Assembly: GCA_002269645.1 (NCBI GenBank)
Contig: NIVC01000598.1
Span: 718,286-782,285, forward strand
Origin: Macrostomum lignano
Taxonomy: Eukaryota
Direction: 5' to 3'
Length of the DNA: 64,000 nucleotides
Shown piece after piece: positions 39,471-51,195 of the stretch (the first letter of the stretch is position 1; each line of letters starts with the position of its first letter). Both the position numbers and the translations under genes were made by a program. The notes under the pieces are model-generated. The model ran no database searches. It saw nothing but the letters and a program-made list of their open reading frames with translations, and was not told where the DNA came from.

Positions 39471-41175
39471 TGAATGAGATTTTGAGAGTTTGAGCGAGTG
39501 AGAGAGTGTGAGAGCGTGGGATAGTTTAATCCGTCGAACCCTAGCTCGCACACAGCTCCCCCCACTTCGATCATTCTTCAACTCAAGTCTGCCGCGGCAT
39601 AGCTAAGTTGCGTCACTCGCAAAGATTGAGAGACTTTACCTGCACTCTCGGAATCTTCTGTGATGACGAATTTTCAATGTTGCTGAATATATTGAATCTA
39701 ATTTACAAGCTAAGTCATTATAGTGAGTTATTTACGTGCTACGTACGTAGTTATCGCTATACAAACCCTAGCAATAGGCTAAAAGTTGGAACTGAAAAAG
39801 ATTACAGAAAAAGATAACGATATGTGACTTTTGAGGTGAGCTGTTTTAAATAGATTTTTATCACAATACAAGCCAGTCAGTTATTTAGCCCAGGTATTTA
39901 TGACTTTCAATCGTATCAGCTGTAGGCCAAAATTGAAAAAGTTACTCCAATGGTTGGCTAATTGTGTGTAACGATTGAAAATGCAAATCCTTGCATTTGA
40001 TGAACGATGAACTTGCATTTCGTTCTATGCACGGATGACATATTTTGAAGATTCATTTTGAAAAGACCAATCCGTCCCTACAGAAATTTAACAAAGTTAA
40101 TAAAGAGGTTGTGGGTTGGGCAGCTCCCCACCCCACTCCACATCGCCCGGCCCCACCCCCATTTCCCGGCAGACGAACAGTTTTAAAAAGAGAAAACTTT
40201 TCGTCTGCTCATCAGACGAACTATCAGCAGACGAAACAACTTGCACCTGCACCCCCTAGGCCTAGGCCTAGTCTAGAGAGGAACACAATATAAGAACCCA
40301 GTTAAGAAGGAACACAAGCGAAGCAATAGCCTCCCTTATTCCATATTGGAAAAAGTTACTAGCTAAATATTGAATAGCTATCCAGCGCATTTTCAAAATG
40401 ACCCTGTAGCATACATGGCAGGTTTTTTTGTAAGGTTGACTGGCCTATGTATTATTAGAGACTGACCCCTTGGGATATGTTTGCTTGATGCTTAACAGGT
40501 ATCTGCATTTTGCATAATTTTTAGAATTAGGGCTATGATCCTATATATTTAGTTATTCTTGAGAATAGCCTTGAAACATTGTATCAATATGACAATATTT
40601 CAATAAATAGGCCTACAAAGAAACATATTGATAAAAGCTAATAAGCTGGGTAGAGTAGGCCCTAAAGATAGGTTTAGGCCTATAGGAGCTATTGCTCAAA
40701 TCAAGGCATGGATATATGATAAAACCTTAAGTAGGTAGAGTAGAGTATTATTTTGTGGATCAATATTTTAAAGATTTTGTATAAAAAACATATCAGAACT
40801 TAATGCATAGACATAGAAATCAGATAAAGTTGCTCGCTTTGTAAATAATAAGAATAAAAAGCCAACTATCAACATTTGTTATATTTGTAAGTTGACAAAT
40901 TTTGTAGGCCTTCTTTGATGCAATGCATTTAAAAAAATCTTTTTTTTTGCCTCACACAAATATTTATTATTGTTAGCCTCAGCTTTTTGTTTGTTCTAAT
41001 AAAATAAACCTGAAGATACACCACGGAGTGCAAAATGCATCAACTTAAAAATGTTGATAGTTGGTTTTTTATTCTTATAGACATAGAACATTTGATGTTT
41101 ACCAAGCGAAATGCATATTAAAAAGTTCTCGAAAGAATAATATTTTCTAGAATGTAGGCATTAAAGTAAATAAGC

Positions 41176-41348
41176 CATGCTTGGGCACAACCTTGGAATC
41201 ACTCGGCCATTTCTATTGGCAACACACACATGTAAGTCGCTATTGGACAGAATAGTAGTCATGTGACTGCTCTCAGCCAATAGTGACTTACATGTGTGTG
41301 TTGCCAATAGAAACAGCCAAGTAAATCCCAAGGTTGCGCACGTATGAA
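41176..41348. mobile_element. Short palindromic MITE-like element, copy 2 (inverted relative to 31803-31966)
   Basis: Same TTGGCAACACACACAT inverted repeats. The internal segment and the CCATGCTTGGGCACAACC flank are reverse-complementary to copy 1. Confidence 0.75.
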
Positions 41349-41899
41349 GAAAGCCATTGCATATAAGAGAATAAAAAGGGCACAATACATAGGTTTAAGC
41401 CATTTTAATGAAAAGTCATTTTGGCAAAATATATTTTAGTGGAAAGTCATTTTGGCAAAAAGCTTTAGCAAATATTTATAATTTATTGGTTTTTATTATA
41501 AATTTTGAGTATTAACTTTTTAAAGCTGAATAAAGTATATTTTTAATTTTTTATTTGTATTACAAATGTATATAGTTTGTCTATCCCTAATAATAAGTGA
41601 TAATACTATATTGTTCTAGCTCTTTTGGTTCTATTAATTATTTAGTCTCTAGATCTATTCCTTTTCTTAAAATCTTTCTTGTTTAAATCAATATGTAAGT
41701 GGCAAAATTCTATATTTAATTAAGTCTAGAAAGTTATAGCATTTCCTAGGACCAAAGATGTTTAGTAATAGACTCTTAATCTATTGACACATTCATAGGG
41801 GCCTAGTTTCTTTATCTTAATGCCTCTCAGCTAATGCCTAATTCCTAGTGCCAAATCTCTGCCTCCATGGATTTAATCTCCCTACCTAAGTTTATACAA

Positions 41900-42325
41900 A
41901 TTTGTTATTCCTTATTCTAAGTTTTCACAACTTTGGTATTCCCTTTTCTGATTCTTTACAACCTTAGTATTCCCTATTCTGAGTATTACAACTTTGGAAG
42001 GCCTATTCTCTATTCTCAGTCTTCATGATTTCAAAATTCCCTATTCTGAGTCTTCATGATTTTGAAATTCCCTATTCTGAGTCTTGATGATTTCAAAATT
42101 CCTTATTCTAAGTCTTCATGATTTTGAAATTCCCTTTTATGAGTGAGTCTTGATGATTTCGAAATTCCCTATTCTGAGTCTTCATGATTTTGAAATTCCA
42201 TATTCTGAGTCTTCATGATTTCAAAATTCCCTATTCTGAGTCTTCATGACTTTGAAATTCCCTATTCTGAGTCTTCATGATTTTGAAATTCCCTGTTTTG
42301 AGTTTTTATGACTTTGGTATTCCCT
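41900..42325. repeat. 31-bp minisatellite (TTCATGATTTTGAAATTCCCTATTCTGAGTC)
   Basis: Tandem copies directly upstream of the RRM-Tudor gene. Confidence 0.9.
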
Positions 42326-42420
42326 AGAAAAAAACTAACAAGGTAAGCTTTTAGCAGAAATTGTCTTAAAGCTAAAAAGCATATTAATGGAAAGTATCGT
42401 TAATGAATTTTCAGCTAAGA

Positions 42421-45400
42421 ATGAGTTTTTACTCACTCTACTTAGCGGGGATGCCCAGCTACTATGCAGAGGTAATTACTAACTAGAACTTCTTCACTTT
42501 AACTGTTATGCTTCAATATTGCTCTAACCATTAAAAATGCAACCTCTATAGGGGAGAATATGGAGCATGTTTGAGACCTGCGGACCTGTGGAATCAGTTT
42601 TCATTAAACAGCACTTCGACAATGGCACTCTGCAAGGCTTTGTGAACATGCGCGATTGGTCTGGAGCAGAGCAGGCTGTCAATCAGTTCAATGGCTATGC
42701 TGTCGAGCCCAATGTTAAACTAACTGTACGGCACAAGACTAATCGAAATAGTTATAATCAGCGCAATAATAACACGGCAAACCGTAGTTCGAATGATAGT
42801 CTTAGCCAACCAGCTAGATCGTCGATTGCTTCCAACGACAGTTTGCCAATTTTGCCACTGTTGTCGTCTCTGCCGGCACCTACCGCTGGTGCCGCCGCCG
42901 CTGTGCCACCGCCGCCACAACCGTTGCATAACAATGTTCCCTGCAGTTCGCCGCCCGCTGCTGTGTAAGCTGGCAGCGGGAGTATAGGAGCGGGTGTGAG
43001 AAGGGAGCGAAGGTCATAGAAGGAGCGGGTGTGAGAAGTCAGCGAAGGTCATAGAAGGAGCGGGTGTGAGAAGGGAGCGAAGGTCATAGAAGGAGCGGGT
43101 GTGAGAAGTCAGCGAAGGTCATAGAAGGAGCGGGTGTGAGAAGTGAGCGAAGGTCATAGAAGCAGCGGGTGTGAGAAGTGAGCGAAGGTCATAGAAGCAG
43201 CGGGTGTGAGAAGTGAGCGAAGGTCATAGAAGGAGCGGGTGTGAGAAGGGAGCGAAGGTCAAAGAAGCAGCGGGTGTGAGGAGGGAGCGAAGATCATAGA
43301 AGGAGCGGGTGTGAGAAGTGAGCGAAGGTCATAGAAGGAGCGGGTGTGAGAAGTCAGCGAAGGTCATAGAAGGAGCGGGTGTGAGAAGTCAGCGAAGGTC
43401 ATAGAAGGAGCGGGTGTGAGAAGTGAGCGAAGATCATAGAAGGAGCGGGTGTGAGAAGTGAGCGAAGGTTATAGAAGGAGCGGGTGTGAGAAGTGAGCGA
43501 AGGTCATAGAAGGAGTGGGTGTGAGAAGTCAGCGAAGGTCATAGAAGCAGCGGGTGTGAGAAGTGAGCGAAGGTCATAGAAGGAGCGGGTGTGAGAAGGG
43601 AGCGAAGGTCAAAGAAGCTGCGGGTGTGAGGAGGGAGCGAAGGTCAAAGAAGCAGCGGGTGTGAGGAGGGAGCGAAGGTCAAAGAAGCAGCGGGTGTGAG
43701 GAGGGAGCGAAGGTCATAGAGGGAGCGAAGGTCATAGAAGGAGCAGGTGTGAGAAGGGAGCGAAGGTCATAGAAGCAGCGGGTGTGAGGAGGGAGCGAAG
43801 ATCATAGCAGCGGGTGTAGGCCATAAGGGGTGGAGGCCTTACGTCACTGCCTGTAACCGCAATGCTAAAAATTTCAGGCGCAGGCGGTTAGACTGGCTGA
43901 GGCTGGACCAAACGGCCATGCTAAGTATTTATTTGGACGCTAAGCAGTTTCGCAGTGCAGCCAAATTCTGGGTTAGCGCACTCCCGCCTAGTAACCCGGG
44001 CGAGCCGGATTTTCAGACCGAACTGGACTCGTGGGCGTCTAATCCGGCATCGAAAATATCTGCATCGGTTGCCAGGGACAACGTTGGTACTAGCGGCGGC
44101 CTGATAGCATGCATCGATGGTTTGGCTTGCCGAGTTCAACTCATTGAGTCGCTCAGCGTCAATCTGTTTCGGGCATTTCTAGTCGACATTGGCGTCGAAA
44201 GGCGGGTAGAGGCAGCGGAATTGAGGTCGCTGCCAGCTAGTCTGGCCGTGCCACCGTGCCGGGCCTTGCAAGTGAGAATTTATAGTTGCTATGGTAACTG
44301 AGGCTGCTTGTGGGAATGAAATTAATATAACGATTTTTTAAGGGTTGGGATTTTTTGAGAATATGAAATTGGAAGGAGATTTAAAGATTTGTGGTTGATT
44401 AGGGTATTTGAGGATCTGGGATTTGGAGATCTAGGATTGATTAGAGGATTTTGGGATCTGGGATTGATTAGGGGATTTGAGGATTTGGGATTGACTAGGG
44501 GATTAGAGGATCTGTGATTGGTTGAAGAATTTGAGGATCTGGGATTGATTAGGGGATTTTGGGATCTGGGATTGATTAGGGGATTTTGGGATCTGGGATT
44601 GATTAGGGGATTTTGGGATCTGGGATTGATTAGGGGATTTTGGGATCTGGGATTGATTAAGGCATCATTGGAGGATCTGGGATTGATAATGGGTTTTGAG
44701 GATGTGTGTAATAGCTCGTAAATCTCTTAATCTCACCGGTTCGCCCTCCCCCCCCCCCATGACAGGTGTCATTCCGTGGCCTGAAGGATGACGATCCTGG
44801 CTTGGCCGATGCCACAGCCCAGCTGCTCCGGCTTGCCGAACTGCACAATGGCTTATTAACTATTCGTCGCTGCGGCAAAAGTCGCGCCTGCGACGGATTC
44901 ATGCTTATCCCTGTGGACGTGCTCGAGGCCGATCAGGAATCCCCATCTGTCACTGGCAAATCTCTGCAGCCCACGCCGTCGATTCAGGCATCAAAGGCGC
45001 CGACTCAGGCGCCGACTCAGGCACCGACTCACTCACAGACTCAGGCACCGACTCACTCACAGACTCAGGCACCGAATCAGCAACCGACTCAGGCACCGAC
45101 TCACTCACAGACTCAGGCACCGACTCAGGCACCGAATCAGCAACCGACTCAGGCACCGAATCAGGCACCGACTCGAGCACCGAGTCAGACACCGAATCGG
45201 GCACCGAATCGGGCACCGACTCAGGCACCGAATCAGACACCGACTCGAGCGCCGACCCAGGCACCGAAACAGCAACCGACTCGAGCACCGAATCAGGCAC
45301 CGAGTCGAGCTTCTATGGCGTTGAAAGCTTCAAATTCGCTGACTACTGCAGAGTTGCTGCGAATAACTGGCCAATCAAAGCTCTTAGCCAGCCTGCCGGG

Positions 45401-46360
45401 CGCTTTTGATGGTCAGCTGTGCGGGATAACAACTAATAGGCGGCTGTTACACGTGACCGAAATTGGGCCCGCTGGGCAGTCTAAAGTGCAACAGCTGGAA
45501 GGTTTGTGAGGTCTTTCGGTGTGCTTTATTTAGTAAGTAGTATTAGTGGTAGTAGTAGTAGTAGTAGTGGTAGCAGTACTTATTAACTACTAGTACGAGT
45601 AGAAATAAGAGAAGTAGTTGCAGTTACAGTAGCAGGTGATAGTGTAGTTGTGGCACTGGAGACATGGATGCGACAGCCCCCATAAAATGGGGCCCATTAG
45701 GTCGATTTATTAAATATTAAAAGCGCTCATTACTTAATTTTTTATTTACACTATGGTAAATAATCTTCCCTTCCTACCTATCAGTAGTCAATCGGTCTCG
45801 CTATAATTTGTTTATTACTTTAAATAATTCCAGACCGGCTATCCCGTGTCAAGCTGCCGCAGTCGAGCCGTTTGACTCAACTGCCGCAGGCCGGCACCCC
45901 CCTGCTGTTGCAGTCTTCTAAAACCGGCCGCCTGTTGCGCGGCGTCTGTCTGGAAGGCGCCATTGTTTACCTGCCGGATCGCGGCGACACCTTGGCCCTA
46001 GACTGCACTAACCGGTTTGTCCCGTTCGACATGTCGACCGCTGCTGCTGCTGCTGCTGCTAATGACGGCATCGACTTCGCCTCGCTGCCGCCTCTCGTCG
46101 TGCCAGTCCGTCTGGCTCAGGTTATGGACAGCGCCGAGCTCTGGTCCGAGGCGGCGATCGGCTGTTTGAAAGACGCATTTATTGACACTCCACTGGAGGT
46201 GTTTGTGGCGCCGGCCGCTTCGGCTTCCACTGCGGCGGATCCTGACGGGATCAGGCGAGTCAATTTTCGTTTGAAGTCTGGACAGCGGCCTCACCTGGAC
46301 GGGGTGATGTGCTCCGATTTGCTAGTGTCCCGGAGACTGGCTAAGCCGCTTGTAGTATGA
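42421..46360 (+). CDS. RRM plus extended-Tudor domain protein, about 706 aa; exons 42421-42471, 42552-42964, 43878-44271, 44766-45501, 45834-46360
   Basis: RNP2 LYLAGM and RNP1-like QGFVNM. Tudor-SN-like segments FRAFLVDIG...ELRSLPASLAVPPCRALQVSFRGL and VYLPDRGD...FASLPPLVVPVRLA...WSEAAIGCLKDAFIDTPLEVFV. All four introns are GT-AG with matching phases (0, 2, 0, 1). The total of 2121 nt equals 707 codons. Confidence 0.8.
42984..43818. repeat. 35-bp intronic minisatellite (GGAGCGGGTGTGAGAAGGGAGCGAAGGTCATAGAA)
   Basis: Direct tandem copies in intron 2. Confidence 0.95.
44395..44703. repeat. 27-bp intronic minisatellite (GGGATTGATTAGGGGATTTTGGGATCT)
   Basis: Direct tandem copies in intron 3. 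Confidence 0.9.
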
Positions 46361-46384
46361 TGGAGAATGTTTGCTGTGGGGTGC

Positions 46385-46865
46385 CGTCTAAGAATCCTGA
46401 CCCCGCATGACCTGTGTCTGAGAATCCTGACCCCACATGACCTGTGTCTGAGAATCCTGACCCCACATGACCTGTGTCTAAGAATCCTGACCCCACATGA
46501 CCTGTGTCTGAGAATCCTGACCCCACATGACCTGTGTCTGAGAATCCTGACCCCACATGACCTGTGTCTGAGAATCCTGACCCCACATGACCTGTGTCTG
46601 AGAATCCTGACCCCACATGACCTGTGTCTAAGAATCCTGACCCCACATGACCTGTGTCTGAGAATCCTGACCCCACATGACCTGTGTCTGAGAATCCTGA
46701 CCCCACATGACCTGTGTCTGAGAATCCTGACCCCACATGACCTGTGTCTGAGAATCCTGACCCCACATGACCTGTGTCTGAGAATCCTGACCCCACATGA
46801 CCTGTGTCTAAGAATCCTGACCCCACATGACCTGTGTCTGAGAATCCTGACCCCACATGACCTCT
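46385..46865. repeat. 30-bp minisatellite (AGAATCCTGACCCCACATGACCTGTGTCTG)
   Basis: Direct tandem copies just after the RRM-Tudor stop codon. Confidence 0.97.
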
Positions 46866-47396
46866 GTAAGTCCCGGTCCCAACACGGCCTCTGTGTGAGG
46901 CCTGACCCATGGGAAAACCCATGTTTGAATGGCGTAAATTTTTTGTTTGTTTTTGTTAAGCATTTTTAAAATTGTCTAAACAGTTACTGTATCCACTATT
47001 GACTTGAACTGTTACTGGCTTTGTCTTTACTAGGTACAGCATTTTCTGATTGAAAAAACTATTTTGGCCAAGTCTAAGAATTGCTCCCATAGTTATTGTG
47101 TACTTGTAGCTTGTAGTCTTTTCTGCTTAGTCAATGCCCCTTAAGCTCTATTGTGTATGTATTTATTTCTAAATTGTATTGAACAATGATTTACTTCAAG
47201 TAAAAAAGTTTTTAAGCATCCACTATCTAGCATTCTGTTTAGTACAACTTTTAGACAATGACAAGCAATTTTTTCACGACAATGCTTTTAATTCAAGTAG
47301 TTTTTTAACACAGTTACATGTACTTACCCACATATTTACCTACCCTGTTGGTGTAAAGTTAAGCGTCATATTTATCATCGATGGTAAATCCATCTA

Positions 47397-47487
47397 GAAT
47401 CTAATCACGCTTCTATCAATTAGCAACAGATCTACTCATGGATCTAATCACGCATCTATCAATTAGCAACAGATCTACTTATGGATC
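47397..47487. repeat. 43-bp satellite, left remnant (about 2 units)
   Basis: Same unit as 49233-51195. Confidence 0.9.
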
Positions 47488-49232
47488 TGTAGTGTACGCC
47501 CAGTCTATGCCTTTACTCTTCTGTGATGAATAACTATGGCCCTCTCGACCAACGTGCACTGACTTGTCCCTCAACTATTGCGTAACATTGTAGCCGCACG
47601 TCGGCAGTGATACTATATAGTAGCTCAAATATACGGTCCATGAGACCATGATTTTCTCAGCACACAAGCGCACTACAATGGCGTCGCAAGCAAGCCTACC
47701 CATACCGGCCACATTGAACTTGCGCGAGGAGCCCCATGCGGCACATACGAAGTGGAGCAAGTGGCTGGCTCAGTTCCAGCTGTTCGCCGCGGCTGCTGAC
47801 ATCTCTGACAAGAAGCGACTTCGCCAACTCCTATACATAGCGGGCGAGGACCTGCAGGCCGTTGCAGCCGGACTCGCCGACACCGATGATGACGTCGACA
47901 AGCTAATCAAGGCTCTCAATGAGCACTTCACCAGCCAGCTCAACCTGCCCTTCACCCGCTACCAGTTCCGGCTGTGCACCCAGCAGACCGGAGAGTCCCT
48001 GGACGACTGGCTGCGGCGGCTCAACAACACCGCGGACTGTTGCAAATTCGAAGGCCTCCGGGACTCGCTGATCCGCGACCAGCTGATCGCCGGCTGCAGC
48101 TCCGAGAAGCTCCGCAGGAAGCTGCTGGCCATGGACAACGTGGACCTGGGCCAGGCGGTCCGGGTGGCCAGGGCCATGGAGGCAGCGGAGGCGCAGGCCA
48201 GCCTCATGGAGACCAGCGCAGTGACCGTGCAGCGGTTGCGGAAGCGCGAGTCCAGCCCGCCAGGGCAGCCGCAGAGATCAGCCACTCAGACAGTCGATCG
48301 CACGCAGCCAAAGTGCATCCGCTGCGGCAACTTCGGCCACCGCAGCTGCAGCGCAGCGGTAGGCAAGACCTGCAACCGATGCGGCAAGCCGAATCACCTC
48401 GCCAAGGCCTGTCTGTCCCGGCCGGAGGACGTGCGAGCTCTGCGGGTCGGCAGCGACAGTTCGGGCGAAGAGGACGACGTCTTCTGCCTGACCGTGATGG
48501 CCTCCGACACGAACGCAACAGCGGCTCTTGCCACGGTGCTGGTAGAAGCGACTCCAGTGCAGGTGCTGGTGGACAGCGGAGCCGACTGTAACATCCTCAC
48601 CGAGGCAGCCTGGCGAGAGCTCCCGGGACCCCCAGGCCTGCAGCCGACGACAAAGAAGATTTTTTCATTTCAATCAGCTAAACCTCTGCGCACTGTGGGA
48701 GCCTGCAGCCTGCAGGTTTCGGTTGGCTCAATGGTCCGGCGCGCCAGCTTCATCATCGTCCCAGGGACCGGCACCAGCGTGCTCGGCCGTGCAACCTCGA
48801 CATCTCTGCAGCTGCTGAGTCTGGGGACGCAGGACCGCGCACCGGCCAGAGAGACAACAAGTCTGAGCGATTCTCTAAACGCGCAACCAGTCCAGGACAA
48901 CGTACTGCTGCAGCAGCTCAACTCTGTCAAGTCTGCACCGGAAGGCCCGACCATCAAGAGCGTCCGCGATGCCACAGCTGGGGACCCGGCTCTGACCTTC
49001 GTCATGCAGGCGTTGGCAACTGGCGCTCCGGCGCTACAGACCAGGCCGGCAGCTTCCACTCGCTCAAGGGGGAGCTTCAGGTGCGTGACGGCGTGCTGCT
49101 CAGGGGCAACAAAATCGTTGTACCCGCAGCGCTTCAGCAGCAGACCGTCAGTTGGGCCCACCAGGGTCAATTTGGCAGGAGGAAGGCCATCGACCGGCTG
49201 CGGGGGAAATTCTGGTGGCCTGGCATGGCGCG
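47488..49232 (+). mobile_element. Ty3/gypsy-type LTR retroelement, RT/RNase H-less and 3'-truncated
   Basis: Putative 190-bp 5' LTR 47488-47677 bounded by TGTAGTG...CACTACA, then a PBS-like TGGCG. Gag with two CCHC-like knuckles (CIRCGNFGHRSC, CNRCGKPNHLAKAC), protease VLVDSGADCNIL, and, after a frameshift, integrase zinc-binding segment ELQVRDGVLLRGNKIVVP...AHQGQFG...FWWPGM. Confidence 0.88.
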
Positions 49233-49240
49233 GCAGTTAG
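47678..49240 (+). CDS. Gag-protease polyprotein running into the pre-integrase linker (retroelement ORF)
   Basis: ORF from ATG 47678 (MASQASLP...). No YxDD reverse-transcriptase motif is present. Confidence 0.8.
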   Translation: MASQASLPIPATLNLREEPHAAHTKWSKWLAQFQLFAAAADISDKKRLRQLLYIAGEDLQAVAAGLADTDDDVDKLIKALNEHFTSQLNLPFTRYQFRLCTQQTGESLDDWLRRLNNTADCCKFEGLRDSLIRDQLIAGCSSEKLRRKLLAMDNVDLGQAVRVARAMEAAEAQASLMETSAVTVQRLRKRESSPPGQPQRSATQTVDRTQPKCIRCGNFGHRSCSAAVGKTCNRCGKPNHLAKACLSRPEDVRALRVGSDSSGEEDDVFCLTVMASDTNATAALATVLVEATPVQVLVDSGADCNILTEAAWRELPGPPGLQPTTKKIFSFQSAKPLRTVGACSLQVSVGSMVRRASFIIVPGTGTSVLGRATSTSLQLLSLGTQDRAPARETTSLSDSLNAQPVQDNVLLQQLNSVKSAPEGPTIKSVRDATAGDPALTFVMQALATGAPALQTRPAASTRSRGSFRCVTACCSGATKSLYPQRFSSRPSVGPTRVNLAGGRPSTGCGGNSGGLAWRGS

Positions 49241-51195
49241 CAACAGATCTACTCGTGGATCTAATCACGCTTCTATCAGTTAGCAACAGATCTACTCGTG
49301 GATCTAATCACGCTTCTATCAGTTAGCAACAGATCTACTCGTGGATCTAATCACGCTTCTATCAGTTAGCAACAGATCTACTCGTGGATCTAATCACGCT
49401 TCTATCAATTAGCAACAGATCTACTCATGGATCTAATCACGCTTCTATCAGTTAGCAACAGATCTACTCGTGGATCTAATCACGCTTCTATCAATTAGCA
49501 ACAGATCTACTCGTGGATCTAATCACGCTTCTATCAATTAGCAACAGATCTACTCGTGGATCTAATCACGCATCTATCAATTAGCAACAGATCTACTCGT
49601 GGATCTAATCACGCTTCTATCAGTTAGCAACAGATCTACCCGTGGATCTAATCACGCATCGCTTCTATCAGTTAGCAACAGATCTACTCGTGGATCTAAT
49701 CACGCTTCTATCAATTAGCAACAGATCTACTCGTGGATCTAATCACGCTTCTATCAGTTAGCAACAGATCTACCGTGGATCTAATCACGCATCGCTTCTA
49801 TCAGTTAGCAACAGATCTACTCGTGGATCTAATCACGCTTCTATCAATTAGCAACAGATCTACTCGTGGATCTAATCACGCATCGCTTCTATCAGTTAGC
49901 AACAGATCTACTCGTGGATCTAATCACGCATCTATCAGTTAGCAACAGATCTACTCGTGGATCTAATCACGCATCGCTTCTATCAGTTAGCAACAGATCT
50001 ACTCGTGGATCTGATCACGCTTCTATCAGTTAGCAACAGATCTACTCGTGGATCTAATCACGCATCTATCAGTTAGCAACAGATCTACTCGTGGATCTAA
50101 TCACGCATCTATCAGTTAGCAACAGATCTACTCGTGGATCTAATCACGCATCGCTTCTATCAGTTAGCAACAGATCTACTCGTGGATCTAATCACGCATC
50201 TATCAGTTAGCAACAGATCTACTCGTGGATCTAATCACGCATCGCTTCTATCAGTTAGCAACAGATCTACTCGTGGATCTAATCACGCTTCTATCAGTTA
50301 GCAACAGATCTACTCGTGGATCTAATCACGCATCTATCAGTTAGCAACAGATCTACTCGTGGATCTAATCACGCTTCTATCAATTAGCAACAGATCTACT
50401 CGTGGATCTAATTACGCATCTATCAGTTAGCAACAGATCTACTCGTGGATCTAATCACGCTTCTATCAATTAGCAACAGATCTACTCGTGGATCTAATCA
50501 CGCTTCTATCAGTTAGCAACAGATCTACCCGTGGATCTAATCACGCATCGCTTCTATCAGTTAGCAACAGATCTACTCGTGAATCTAATCACGCTTCTAT
50601 CAATTAGCAACAGATCTACTCGTGGATCTAATCACGCTTCTATCAGTTAGCAACAGATCTACTCGTGGATCTAATCACGCTTCTATCAGTTAGCAACAGA
50701 TCTACTCGTGGATCTCATCACGCTTCTATCAGTTAGCAACAGATCTACTCGTGGATCTAATCACGCAACTATCAGTTAGCAACAGATCTACTCGTGGATC
50801 TAATCACGCATCGCTTCTATCAGTTAGCAACAGATCTACTCGTGGATCTAATCACGCTTCTATCAGTTAGCAACAGATCTACTCGTGGATCTAATCACGC
50901 TTCTATCAGTTAGCAACAGATCTACTCGTGGATCTCATCACGCTTCTATCAGTTAGCAACAGATCTACTCGTGGATCTAATCACGCAACTATCAGTTAGC
51001 AACAGATCTACTCGTGGATCTAATCACGCATCGCTTCTATCAGTTAGCAACAGATCTACTCGTGGATCTAATCACGCTTCTATCAGTTAGCAACAGATCT
51101 ACTCGTGGATCTAATCACGCTTCTATCAGTTAGCAACAGATCTACTCATGGATCTAATCACGCATCGCTTCTATCAGTTAGCAACAGATCTACAT
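49233..51195. repeat. 43-bp satellite (GCAACAGATCTACTCGTGGATCTAATCACGCTTCTATCAGTTA), about 2 kb
   Basis: Direct tandem copies with a 46-bp variant (CACGCATCGCTTC). Confidence 0.98.

Larger units (their letters stand above)
36158..40250 (+). mobile_element. Degenerate Mutator-like (MULE) element with TIRs of about 170 bp, carrying PHD and FLYWCH remnants
   Basis: 36158-36345 is an inverted copy of about 40085-40250 (TTCGTCTGC..A.AGTTCGTCTG..GAG.AGACGAAA...AAAACTGTTCGTCTGC.GGGAAATGGGG). A PHD at 36507-36687 and a FLYWCH at about 37970-38170 lie inside. Confidence 0.7.

Noticed and set aside
40848-41078. Inverted repeat of about 40 bp (ATAAGAATAAAAA.CCAACTATCAACATTT)
   Set aside because: The match is real but short and AT-rich, with no TSD or second copy, so it was not called as an element.
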